Part shown: one piece after another, positions 48,918 through 58,501 of the stretch
How positions within the stretch are numbered: the first letter of the stretch is position 1
How the letters are laid out: each line of letters opens with the position of its first letter
Notes under the pieces: generated by a model
Databases searched by the model: none
Told to the model about the DNA's origin: nothing
Seen by the model: only the letters and a program-made list of their open reading frames with translations
Assembly (NCBI GenBank): GCA_025055285.1
Contig: JANWXM010000014.1
Coordinates: 21,043-85,042 of the forward strand
Direction: 5' to 3'
Source: Saprospiraceae bacterium
GTDB lineage: Bacteria > Bacteroidota > Bacteroidia > Chitinophagales > Saprospiraceae
Length of the DNA stretch: 64,000 nucleotides
Translations under genes and position numbers: made by a program

Positions 48918-50899
48918 CGCCCTGCTTTCAGACCCATGCGAGACGCAGCTCGTTGCTGCATTTCGGCAGCCTTCTGCGGGTTACCTCCTGCAGCATACAC
49001 CTCCGCTATAGCGCGAACCAGTCGCTCATCTTCCGCCAACGTGTTCAAAAGCAACTCCATGACCGCCACTGCGTTAGGCAAATCCTTTTTCTGGCGGAAA
49101 AAGTAATCATACCCTAAGCGATAAACAAACTCATTAATTTGCTGAGGCTTACCACTTGCGTTCGCTAAGTACTTGATGTACTCATTAAAGAAGGGACGGA
49201 AGTTGGCGTTGTTTGGGATGCGCTCCATGAGCATTTGAAAGGTAGACAGCAGCGTATCTAGCTGTTTGTTTTGCTCATAGCGGGCAGCAGCTACGGCGCC
49301 TTTCATGACCAAAGCAGAGCCATAGTTAGGATTGATTGCTAACGAGCGATTGATATGGTACTCCATCGTATCCACCCAACGAGCCTTCTCGGTAGGGTTT
49401 TTAGCTTTTTGATATTTGTGTTCGTAGAGGGCAGTGACATAAAAACAATGCGAGCGAGCGCTATTGGGCGATACCCTGACAGCAGCTGTATTCAAGGCAA
49501 TCACGTCTTTCCACACTGGCACGCGTCTGATTGTCAAAAAGCTAAAAATGCCAACGATAAGTGCAGCAAGGCCTAATCCTAAAAGATAGGGTCGTTGCGG
49601 TTCTTCTCCTAGCCATTGGGGTAATTTAACGGCAAGAAACCACCCCACGAGAAGAGCAAAAGCAACGGAGGGCATGTAGGCGAAACGCTCATTCATGAAC
49701 GTGCCCACTGAAACGAACAGGTTAGAAACAATACTTAACGTTAGCAACCAATACGCTATAGCATATGCAGGTATTCGACGGCGCTTGAGATTGAATAATG
49801 CCCAAAGCCCGATGCCCACGTAGAAGATCAACGAAAGTAGAGGTCGCCAGTCCGACCAATTTACCTTGGGCACATGATATGGGTAGTAGTCGTGTGTTAG
49901 CGGGTGCGGCCAAAAGAGCAATTTTATGTACCAGCCCAGCGTCAGAAAAATTGTAGCATATTTCTCGCTGCGCGTCATTTCGATGAAGGGATTGTTCATC
50001 AGGTCTTTGACTGCTTGCCCATGGTCGAGCATAAAGCCTAGCGCCCGATATCGAACCCAAATGAACACAATAGCTGCTAGCAAAAGCGGCACAGCGGCGC
50101 GCAAGACCTGCGACCCAGAAGCGCGCCCAAAAAACCACAGTGTAAGCGGAATAACTGCCAAAAACGTCAAGGCATTCTCTTTGGAAAACATGCCCAATAG
50201 GAGCAACACACCAGACATCCCATACCACAATCGGCTGTGCGTATCCAAGTATTTAATGCTCGCGTACAGGGCACCTAAACTGCAGAGCAGGGCTAGAATT
50301 TCGTCGCGTCCTTTAATGTTGGCCACAGCCTCCGAGTGCAGCGGATGTGCTATGTAAACTAGCGCTCCAACTAAGGCAGCGCTGAAATACCATACGCCTC
50401 GCTCGCCTAGGGGCAAAAAGGCCAAAAAAAGCCGGTAAAGCAAAATGCCCGTAAAACCGTACAATAAAATGTTGATAAAGTGGCTGATATTGGGGCGGTT
50501 TTTGCCAAAGATTTCTATTTCCAAAGCAAAAGTAGCCAGGGAAAGCGGGCGATACCGCCCACCCTCTAGAAGTAACAGGCTTTCCTTCTTTTGGAAGTAG
50601 CCCATGAAGCTGTCGTAGGCGAAAATGTCGCGAATGCCCTTGATGCCTTTTAGCACGTAAGCGTTTTTATGAATAACCATTTCATCGTCCAGAATATAGC
50701 CGTAGCTAATGCTCGCAGCATAGAGAGCAAAGGCCAAAAGCATAATTAACCCTGCAGCTAGTCCGTGTTTGCGCCAGAAACCTGGTTGGATGAGCCGAAC
50801 ATGCGCAGGAGAGGGCAATGCGGTAGGGTGGCTCGCTGCCTTAATTGAACCTTTCTTAACCGGCGAAACGCTAGGTGCTTTTTCCTTTTTCTTAGGCAT
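48914..50899 (-). CDS. Polytopic membrane protein with C-terminal TPR domain (TMTC/PMT_2-like putative GT-C glycosyltransferase)
   Basis: The first loop has YGYILDDEMVI (acidic DD/DE motif), followed by about 10 TM helices and a C-terminal helical TPR-like region. The start is placed at MPKKKEK (ATG at 50899). Confidence 0.6.
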   Translation of the reverse strand: MPKKKEKAPSVSPVKKGSIKAASHPTALPSPAHVRLIQPGFWRKHGLAAGLIMLLAFALYAASISYGYILDDEMVIHKNAYVLKGIKGIRDIFAYDSFMGYFQKKESLLLLEGGRYRPLSLATFALEIEIFGKNRPNISHFINILLYGFTGILLYRLFLAFLPLGERGVWYFSAALVGALVYIAHPLHSEAVANIKGRDEILALLCSLGALYASIKYLDTHSRLWYGMSGVLLLLGMFSKENALTFLAVIPLTLWFFGRASGSQVLRAAVPLLLAAIVFIWVRYRALGFMLDHGQAVKDLMNNPFIEMTRSEKYATIFLTLGWYIKLLFWPHPLTHDYYPYHVPKVNWSDWRPLLSLIFYVGIGLWALFNLKRRRIPAYAIAYWLLTLSIVSNLFVSVGTFMNERFAYMPSVAFALLVGWFLAVKLPQWLGEEPQRPYLLGLGLAALIVGIFSFLTIRRVPVWKDVIALNTAAVRVSPNSARSHCFYVTALYEHKYQKAKNPTEKARWVDTMEYHINRSLAINPNYGSALVMKGAVAAARYEQNKQLDTLLSTFQMLMERIPNNANFRPFFNEYIKYLANASGKPQQINEFVYRLGYDYFFRQKKDLPNAVAVMELLLNTLAEDERLVRAIAEVYAAGGNPQKAAEMQQRAASRMGLKAGR

Positions 50900-51325
50900 A
50901 AGTGGGCATCGTTTAACAAACGTGGCCGGCAAATATCGAAAAATTTAGTACCTCCGAAGGTGTTGGCTGGTTTGCAGCCGTTGACGCAATCGAAGTACTC
51001 CTCACCTGTACATATAATTTTTCACCGCAAGGCGCCTAAAACTTGTAGAAGTAGGTTCTCACGCGCTCGTTTAAACGAGCGCTTAACAGGGGAGCAATCT
51101 TGTTTTAGAATCTTTGACCGTAAACGCAGCGATGTACTTAGCATTTTTTACCATTTATTTACAACACTAGTGCTCGCTTTCAATCTTTCGGTATTTTGAG
51201 GAAGTTGAGGCCTGTTGTTTTGACCAGAGGAAATAATGCATCTTTCAAAGCACCTTCCTAATGTTCTGACAGCAGAAAGCCGCATCTTTGCCCGTGAACT
51301 ATCTCTAACGTGAAAGGAGCCGCTC

Positions 51326-52006
51326 TTGAAACTCATCGTTGCCATTGACGGATATGCCTCTTGTGGAAAAAGCACTTTAGCCAAGGCTTTGGCTAAAGCG
51401 CTTCACTATATCTATCTCGATACTGGTGCCATGTACCGCGCCGTTACCCTCTACTTTTTAGAAAACGGCATAAACTACGAAGACTCAAAGGCCGTAGAAG
51501 AGGCACTCAAAAACATAAAAATATATTTTAAGTGCGTAGATGGGCAGACACATGTCTTTCTCAATGGACGCGACGTAGAGCGAGAGATTCGCGAACTTCG
51601 CGTCAGTGAGCATGTTAGCCAAGTAGCGGCTATTCCGGCAGTTCGGCGCACTTTGGTGGCTCTCCAGCAAGCCATGGGCCAACGCAGAGGTATCGTGGCA
51701 GACGGGCGAGACATTGGCACAGTAGTGTTTCCCGATGCCGAGGTGAAAATTTTTTTAACCGCAGACCTCGACGTGCGCACCAATCGGCGTTACTTGGAAC
51801 TGACAGCCAAGGGTATCGATGCGCCTTGGGAGGAAATTCGCCGAAACTTACAAGCTCGTGACTACCTCGACACTACGCGAACCGATAGCCCCCTACGCGT
51901 AGCTCCAGATGCTGTCGTCATAGACAACACACTTCTTTCGCCCGATGAGCAACTCGAAGAGGCCCTCCGACTGGTACGGGCTGCTCAAGAGCGATTATGC
52001 CATTGA
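51326..52006 (+). CDS. cmk: (d)CMP kinase
   Basis: IAIDGYASCGKST P-loop, DTGAMYR and DGRDIGT. TTG start preceded by GAAAGGAG. Confidence 0.9.
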   Translation: MKLIVAIDGYASCGKSTLAKALAKALHYIYLDTGAMYRAVTLYFLENGINYEDSKAVEEALKNIKIYFKCVDGQTHVFLNGRDVEREIRELRVSEHVSQVAAIPAVRRTLVALQQAMGQRRGIVADGRDIGTVVFPDAEVKIFLTADLDVRTNRRYLELTAKGIDAPWEEIRRNLQARDYLDTTRTDSPLRVAPDAVVIDNTLLSPDEQLEEALRLVRAAQERLCH

Positions 52007-52108
52007 AGAATCTTTCCAACTTAAAATAGTGCGGAAGAGCCTAAGTGGGCATAAACGCACTTCCGCAAAAACGAAGACTTTGTTGAGTGACCTGAATCTT
52101 CAGAGTAT

Positions 52109-53179
52109 ATGAAAAAAACGCCCTACTGGCGCGGACGCGGAGCGCAGATTAACCCTACATCGCCTTACGAGAAAATCGTGCGCGATGAGGAGCCTATGGA
52201 CTGGGCGCTGCGCCAAGCCGAATGGGAAACAGACGACCTGCAGACCGAATACTTGGAGACACATCCTAAAACCATCTTAAATCGAGTGGAAAGCTCTGAC
52301 ATTCCAGCGGCGTGGAGCTTAAATCCGTATCAGGGCTGCGAACACGGTTGTGTTTATTGTTACGCGCGCAACACCCACCCTTACTGGGGCTACAGTGCAG
52401 GTTTGGACTTCGAGCGCAAAATTCTCGTCAAACGCAATGCTGCAGAACTCCTTGAGGCAGCTTTGAAGAAGGAAACATGGAAAGCCTCGCCCATCATGTT
52501 TGCCGGCAACACCGACGTCTATCAACCCGCCGAACGGCGGTTCGGCATCACTCGAGCATGCCTTGAGGTATTTTGGCGCTATCGGCATCCGGTGGGTATC
52601 ATCACTAAAAACAGCCTCATTTTGCGCGACCTCGACTTACTCAAGGCGTTGGCGGCCGAGCGCCTAGTACACGTGGCCATCAGCCTAACCACCTTGGATG
52701 AACGGTTGCGCCAGTACCTCGAGCCACGCACGGCCACAGTAGCACAGCGCTTGCGTACGATAGAGACCCTTTCCGCCTATGGCATACCTGTGTTTGCTAT
52801 GCTCGCGCCCATTATACCGGGTCTTAACGACGCCGAAATCCTACCCATGGCTCAGGCTGCCGCCGAACGCGGCGCCCTAGGCTTGGGCTATTCCGTCGTA
52901 CGCCTCAACGGCGACGTCGCTCCTATCTTCGAAGACTGGCTTCGCAAAAACATGCCCGATCGCGCGCGCAAAATCCTCAATCGCATCCGCCACATCCATG
53001 GCGGAAACCTTCACAACTCTCGCCCTAGCCTCCGTATGCGCGGAGAGGGCCGCTTCGCCGACATCATCCGTCAGCAGTTTCTTCTCGCTCGACACCGATT
53101 CTTTGCCTCCCGACAAATGCCTGCCTACAATTTAGACCTGCACGAACGCTATAAAAATCCGCAGCTGCGGCTGTTTTAA
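52109..53179 (+). CDS. PA0069-family radical SAM protein
   Basis: GRGAQINPTSPYE N-terminus and a CEHGCVYCYA CxxxCxxC cluster. Confidence 0.85.
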   Translation: MKKTPYWRGRGAQINPTSPYEKIVRDEEPMDWALRQAEWETDDLQTEYLETHPKTILNRVESSDIPAAWSLNPYQGCEHGCVYCYARNTHPYWGYSAGLDFERKILVKRNAAELLEAALKKETWKASPIMFAGNTDVYQPAERRFGITRACLEVFWRYRHPVGIITKNSLILRDLDLLKALAAERLVHVAISLTTLDERLRQYLEPRTATVAQRLRTIETLSAYGIPVFAMLAPIIPGLNDAEILPMAQAAAERGALGLGYSVVRLNGDVAPIFEDWLRKNMPDRARKILNRIRHIHGGNLHNSRPSLRMRGEGRFADIIRQQFLLARHRFFASRQMPAYNLDLHERYKNPQLRLF

Positions 53180-53181
53180 TG

Positions 53182-53220
53182 CAAAAAAGCCCCACACCGC
53201 GAGCCTGACCGGAGGGGGCT
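53182..53220 (-). terminator. Possible minus-strand intrinsic terminator with no gene end nearby
   Basis: On the minus strand AGCCCC pairs with GGGGCT (plus-strand coordinates 53188-53193 and 53215-53220), with a ~21-nt loop. TTTTTT follows. The nearest upstream minus-strand gene, dnaG, ends about 500 nt away. Confidence 0.35.
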
Positions 53221-53713
53221 GACCATGAGATTATAACGGCGCACCGCCGCCTTGACGCAGGAACTCCTCCACTTGGGGTAAACCTCTTGGAGTGGCGAAT
53301 GCGACCTTTTTACGGGTCGTATACGGATTAAAGGTGTAAGGATGCACTTTGGAATCGGAAAACGGCGGCTGGGAATGAGGAAAGACAAAAACCGACTTCA
53401 CACGGATTAGGAGGAACGCTGCTTAATATGCTGAGCACGGCACAAAGGTACGCGGGCCTTTGAAAGAAACCAATACCCCAGCACAAAAAAAGTGATGCAA
53501 TAAAAATTTAACACTCCTCCAGAAGGCCATTTAGAGCCTCCTAGTAAACAATCCGCCTGGGTATTTCTCCCAAAAAGTTCATACCGTGTTTTTTCCGTAA
53601 TTGGACTGCGCGAGAGAAGCTAGTTGGGCAGCTCGAGTATAGTGGCCTACCACAAAATCGCCTTCTTGCTTCTTCAAGAGTCGTTTTTTCGCAGAAGACG
53701 AGCAAAAGTAGAC

Positions 53714-55699
53714 TTACTTGCGCGGAAAGAGCACAATACCGTACTTGCGGGCAAGGCGATTGCGCACTTGTTCAATCTTTTGGTTAGTTTGGAGATATTG
53801 CCTTTCGGCAGCTGCATCGCCAGCAGCGCTGGCTGCTTTGATGCGCTCTCTGTTTTTCTCTAATAACCGATTGAGTTTTCGGATTTTAAACATAGCCAAC
53901 GCCTGTTGAATGTCGGCTTCGGCGTTCTCTTCAGGCATAGGTTGGTTCTGGAGGGGTAGATGCCACATTTTCTCCCAGTTGGGCGAATACTCCCAAGGTT
54001 GAGAAAGCATCTCCAGCGCAAGTTGGGCAACCTCTTGCGATTTGTGATGGGTGAAATAGGTTTGGTCAAGCACTTGTCCCTGAGTGACCAGAGCATAACA
54101 TTCGCGAACGATGCGGCCGTAGAGCGGGTTGTCAAATTCACTGAGCAATTCCTCGATATCGCCCAAGATCCATTCAGCCACGGTAATAGATTCGCCTGGC
54201 AATGTTCGACCACCGTACTGAATAAGCAACCGAATAACATCGCGCTCTTGAAACTCGTCTGTCGCTGAGGCAATAGCACGAGGCTGAGCACCTAACGAGG
54301 GAGCTTCCGCCGGAGGAGTAGGTTCGCCAGGAGGTGGGTCCTGCTCTATTGAGTCAGAGATACTACTAGGTTGATGCGCTTCTTTGTACGCCTTTTTGCG
54401 CATTTCAGCGCGAATTAGCCTCGTTATCTCTGCCAATAGAGTTTGCTCCCCTACGCCCATATGGGTGGCACACTCGCGCACGTATGCAATCCTGCGGATA
54501 GGGTCAGGTATCTTAGCGATACTGTTCACCATGTCTTTGATTACCTCAGCCCAGCGGGCAGGATTGCTTCGGACGTCATCTAGCAGCAGGCTCATTTTCA
54601 GCAAGATAACATCTTTTGCCTGCGCTGCAATGTATTGCTCGAAGGCTTGAGGGCCTATGCGGCGGATGTAACTGTCTGGGTCTTCGCCTTCTGGCAAGAG
54701 GACGACACGCACGTTGAGGTCTTGCTCTAGAGCTAAATCCAATCCTCGCAGCGCTGCCCGTACACCCGCCGGATCGCCATCGTAAAGGATGGTTAAATTC
54801 TGCGTGTTGCGCCGAATGAGCTGCAGTTGTCCCTCTGTAAGAGAGGTGCCGCTGGAGGCGACAACGTTTTCGATGCCTGCTTGATGAAGCGAAATAACGT
54901 CCATGTAACCTTCTACCAGCAAGCACTCGTTTTTCTTGCGAATGGCCTTCTTGGCCTGATAGATACCATATAGCGTTTTTCCCTTGAGGTATATCTCGCT
55001 CTCCGGGCTATTGATGTATTTGGGTAGTTTCTTGTCGGAAGAAAGCGTGCGGCCAGCAAAGGCGGCGATTTTGCCCGACATGGCGTAAATAGGGAAAATG
55101 ACCCGAGCGCGGAAGAAGTCACGCGTTCCGTCGGTACTTACAAGCCCTACCCTCTTCAACAAGGCTATGTCGTAACAGGCCTGCTTGGCCTTTTGCACGA
55201 GCAGATCGCGCTGGTCTGGAGCATAGCCCAGGCCAAAGGTGCGCATCGTCTCTTCATTCAGGCCGCGCTGACGGAAGTAGTTAAGTGCCACAGATTTGCC
55301 CTCATCGGTGTCGAACATCTGTTGCTGAAAGTGGCGAGCGGCAAAGTCATTGACAAGATATAGAGACTCGGCTTGCTGCTGTTGAGCCCACTGCTCAGGA
55401 GTACGCTCAATTTCCTGGATTCCAATACGATACTTCCGGGCTAACCACCGCAGGGCTTCCGGATAAGTGAAGCCCTCATGTTCCATGAGAAAAGTGACCG
55501 CATCACCGCCCTTGCCGCAGCCGAAGCATTTAAAAATGTTGCGGGCCGGGTTAACATTGAAGGAAGGGGTGCGCTCTGCATGGAACGGACACAAACCCAC
55601 CCAATTAGCCCCGCGGCGGCGCAGCGTAAGAAACTCTTCCACCACTTCTTCGATGCGCACAGCGTCCAGGATTTCGCGTACAGTGTGCGGTGCGATCAT
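53714..55699 (-). CDS. dnaG: DNA primase
   Basis: Zinc-ribbon CPFHAERTPSF...CFGCGKGGD, a TOPRIM region (EGYMDVISL ... YDGDPAG) and a C-terminal helical domain. Confidence 0.95.
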   Translation of the reverse strand: MIAPHTVREILDAVRIEEVVEEFLTLRRRGANWVGLCPFHAERTPSFNVNPARNIFKCFGCGKGGDAVTFLMEHEGFTYPEALRWLARKYRIGIQEIERTPEQWAQQQQAESLYLVNDFAARHFQQQMFDTDEGKSVALNYFRQRGLNEETMRTFGLGYAPDQRDLLVQKAKQACYDIALLKRVGLVSTDGTRDFFRARVIFPIYAMSGKIAAFAGRTLSSDKKLPKYINSPESEIYLKGKTLYGIYQAKKAIRKKNECLLVEGYMDVISLHQAGIENVVASSGTSLTEGQLQLIRRNTQNLTILYDGDPAGVRAALRGLDLALEQDLNVRVVLLPEGEDPDSYIRRIGPQAFEQYIAAQAKDVILLKMSLLLDDVRSNPARWAEVIKDMVNSIAKIPDPIRRIAYVRECATHMGVGEQTLLAEITRLIRAEMRKKAYKEAHQPSSISDSIEQDPPPGEPTPPAEAPSLGAQPRAIASATDEFQERDVIRLLIQYGGRTLPGESITVAEWILGDIEELLSEFDNPLYGRIVRECYALVTQGQVLDQTYFTHHKSQEVAQLALEMLSQPWEYSPNWEKMWHLPLQNQPMPEENAEADIQQALAMFKIRKLNRLLEKNRERIKAASAAGDAAAERQYLQTNQKIEQVRNRLARKYGIVLFPRK

Positions 55700-55741
55700 G
55701 AGGCTAAAGGTCGGTTTAGCTTTCGCCTAAACAACGGTTTT

Positions 55742-56497
55742 TCAGCCCTCAAAATAAAAAGTAATCGTGAAAGTGCGCGAAAGAATTTTCTCTAAAACGG
55801 TGCTTTGTTGTAGGCGCTCGTTATACAAAAGAATGTTATTCAGCCCATGAGAGACCTTAAATTCGGGAGAAAAAATGAAATATGGGAAAAAGAACTGTAC
55901 CCCAGCGCCGTATTCAAACTGAAAATCGGTGGGAGAGATTTTAACCAGGTCAGCAGCCTGGCGAGTACGCGAATCACTAGCCACATCGAAAATATACTTG
56001 GCTCCTGCGACGAGGAAGATACGAAAGTCATGATATGCTGCCGACTTGTAGCGAACCTGGAAAGGCATTTCTACTAAAACAGACTCAATACGACGGTTGA
56101 TAGCCTGCACGCCATCTCCTGGGCGAGTATAACGCAGGTTGCGCTCTACAAAGGAAAGGGTAGGCAAAACGCGCACGTCGAAATACTCTCCAATTTTCAG
56201 GTTCGATACGATGCCCAAGTTAAATCCTGGCCCCCTTACCGCTTCAGCACGCGCAAAAGAGTCGTTTCGGATAAATTGGCGCGAGTGATAAATTTTAAAA
56301 TCACTGAAATTCATCCCCAGACTTATGCCGAAGTAGTAGGGCTTGGCCTGAAAGTCTTTGTAATTGAAGTTATATCCTTTTGCTCGTTGTGCCCAAGCAA
56401 AAGTGGCCGATAGGGCAAAAAAAGCAAGCCATACAATTGTTATCAGCCTTTTACGCCCGTGTAGATAGAGCAGATGCCTAGAGTGAGTTGTTCGCAT
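55742..56497 (-). CDS. PorT-like outer membrane beta-barrel protein
   Basis: 251 aa with a signal peptide ending AWAQ and alternating beta-strand pattern, ending TFYFEG. Its position next to ubiE matches a synteny I recall for porT-family genes. Confidence 0.55.
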   Translation of the reverse strand: MRTTHSRHLLYLHGRKRLITIVWLAFFALSATFAWAQRAKGYNFNYKDFQAKPYYFGISLGMNFSDFKIYHSRQFIRNDSFARAEAVRGPGFNLGIVSNLKIGEYFDVRVLPTLSFVERNLRYTRPGDGVQAINRRIESVLVEMPFQVRYKSAAYHDFRIFLVAGAKYIFDVASDSRTRQAADLVKISPTDFQFEYGAGVQFFFPYFIFSPEFKVSHGLNNILLYNERLQQSTVLEKILSRTFTITFYFEG

Positions 56498-57189
56498 TGT
56501 AGGTGCTTAAAACCGGTTTTGTTGAGTATATCAAGGAACTCGTTTCCCTGCGGAAAAGCTTGTACGCTTTCGTAAAGATAGGTGTATGCGCGTTGATCAC
56601 CCGAAGTCAAACGACCAACAACGGGCAAAACGTATTTAAAGTAGAGGTGATAAATTTGCTTAAAGGGCGCAACCGTGGGATGAGAGAACTCTAAGATTAT
56701 CACGCGCCCCTTTGGGCGGAGGACGCGGCGAATTTCTGCGAGCCCTTTTTCTAAATGCTCAAAATTGCGCACTCCAAAAGCTACAGTTACGGCATCGAAG
56801 CTCTCGTCAGCAAAGTGGAGTTGCTCGGCGTCGCCGCTTTGAAGTGTAATAACGTCTTGTAACCCCTTTCGAGCCACTTTTTCTCGCCCTATGTTGAGCA
56901 TTTGAGAGGCAATATCTATGCCCACAACGCGGCAAGGTTTGAGCATCTCAGCGGCCAGGATGGCTACATCGGCGGTGCCTGTAGCAACGTCTAGAATTTC
57001 TAGCGGTCGGGGAGCGTTTTTCAAATAGCGCAAGGCCTTGCGTCGCCAGTATAGGTCAATGCCCAATGACAACAGGCGGTTGAGCACGTCGTAGCGCCGA
57101 GCAATTCGGTCAAACATGCGGCCCACCTGCTCCTTCTTGGTTTCAGATTCGCCTCCATAAGGCGTAACTACAGGCGTTCTTCTTTGCAT
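56443..57189 (-). CDS. ubiE: Demethylmenaquinone / ubiquinone-menaquinone biosynthesis methyltransferase
   Basis: VGRMFDRIARRYDVLNRLLSLGID.YWR and VLDVATGTAD. The ATG at 57189 is preferred over the listed 57276. Confidence 0.9.
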   Translation of the reverse strand: MQRRTPVVTPYGGESETKKEQVGRMFDRIARRYDVLNRLLSLGIDLYWRRKALRYLKNAPRPLEILDVATGTADVAILAAEMLKPCRVVGIDIASQMLNIGREKVARKGLQDVITLQSGDAEQLHFADESFDAVTVAFGVRNFEHLEKGLAEIRRVLRPKGRVIILEFSHPTVAPFKQIYHLYFKYVLPVVGRLTSGDQRAYTYLYESVQAFPQGNEFLDILNKTGFKHLQCEQLTLGICSIYTGVKG

Positions 57190-57316
57190 GAGTGCACTCA
57201 GTAAGCAAAAATACAACAAACGAACAGCGTTGTGAAAGGTCGTATTTATAGGAAAGAGGTTTATGCAATTCGACAAATTTGACGCCTAGGAATAAAAAAG
57301 ATTTTGTCTTATTGCC

Positions 57317-58447
57317 TCATTTTAGTTGAATATTTTCCACGATCTCCAACCCATAGCCTATAAAGCCTGTGCGAGGACGTGGATTGTTGGTCAGTAACCG
57401 TATTTTGCTGATGCCCAAGTCGCGCAAAATTTGGGCTCCAATTCCGAAGTCCTTCTTACCCATGCTCGTGTGCAAATCGAATTTCTCCGGCTCTCCCGCT
57501 TCCATATATTTCTGATAAATTTTCAAGCGCGAAAGCAAGTCAGCCTTATCGCTTTGGCGCAAATAGACGAAGGCGCCTTTGCCTTCAGTGGCGATTTTTT
57601 GCAAAGCCCGTTGAATTTGTTGGCCGTAATCAGCTAGAATATTGCCTAAGATACCGCCCGTTTCTGACCAGGAATGGACGCGCACAAGCACCGGCTCGTC
57701 TTCGCTCCAGCGACCCTTTTTGAGCACTAAGTGGCAGTCGCCGCAAGAAACGTCAGTATACACGATTGCTTCAAACTCACTGAAGAGCGTTTTCATGCGC
57801 GTTTCTAGCTCCCGACGCACCAAACGCTCCGTGCGCATGCGATAAGCGATAAGGTCATCGATGGAAATAATTTTAAGGTTGAATTTTTTGGCTACTTGAA
57901 TCAGCTCAGGCAAGCGAGCCATAGAGCCGTCAGGGTTGAGGATCTCGACCAAGACACCGGCGGGATACAAGCCTGCCAATCGGGCCAGGTCTACTGCTGC
58001 TTCCGTATGGCCTGCTCGGCGCAATACGCCGCCGCTTTTGGCGCGCAGGGGGAAAATGTGACCTGGTCGGGCGAAGTCGCTAGGTTTAGCGTTTGGATTG
58101 GTTAAGTGTCGGATACCAGCAGCGCGGTCGTGGGCGCTGATGCCCGTAGTGCACCCGTGGCCGATGAGGTCAATTGAGACAGTAAAAGCAGTTTCATGCA
58201 AGGCAGTGTTTGCATTAACCATGAGCGGTAAGTCCAGCTCATCGGCTCGCTTTTCTTCGATAGGAGCACAAATTAAACCACGTCCGTGTTGAGCCATGAA
58301 GTTGATGATCTCAGGTGTTACAAGCTCCGCAGCACAAACAAAATCACCCTCGTTTTCACGGTTTTCGTCGTCTACGACGATAATTACGCGCCCTGCGCGG
58401 AGTTCAAGAAGGGCTTCCTCAATGGTGTTTAGTTGGATATCGCTCAT
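57317..58447 (-). CDS. ribBA: Bifunctional 3,4-dihydroxy-2-butanone-4-phosphate synthase / GTP cyclohydrolase II-like
   Basis: [12 protein letters not shown] and [13 protein letters not shown] in the RibB half, followed by a RibA-like C-terminal half. Confidence 0.9.
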   Translation of the reverse strand: MSDIQLNTIEEALLELRAGRVIIVVDDENRENEGDFVCAAELVTPEIINFMAQHGRGLICAPIEEKRADELDLPLMVNANTALHETAFTVSIDLIGHGCTTGISAHDRAAGIRHLTNPNAKPSDFARPGHIFPLRAKSGGVLRRAGHTEAAVDLARLAGLYPAGVLVEILNPDGSMARLPELIQVAKKFNLKIISIDDLIAYRMRTERLVRRELETRMKTLFSEFEAIVYTDVSCGDCHLVLKKGRWSEDEPVLVRVHSWSETGGILGNILADYGQQIQRALQKIATEGKGAFVYLRQSDKADLLSRLKIYQKYMEAGEPEKFDLHTSMGKKDFGIGAQILRDLGISKIRLLTNNPRPRTGFIGYGLEIVENIQLK

Positions 58448-58501
58448 GTGGCGAGAAGATGAGAGAAAAGCGAAAAGAATGCGGTTTAAAACAGCGCTAA
58501 A

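Noticed and set aside
53213-53520. tmRNA-like 5' end: GGGGCTGACCATGAGATTATAACGG resembles GGGGCUGAUUCUGGAUUCGACGG.
   Set aside because: No T-arm or CCA-proximal 3' end (GGTTCGA.TCC...CCACCA) and no plausible tag reading frame ending in ALAA-type codons lies downstream.
58448-58501. An FMN riboswitch might be expected upstream of ribBA.
   Set aside because: Only 54 nt separate ribBA from the preceding gene, which is too short for an FMN aptamer. No conserved aptamer motifs are seen.
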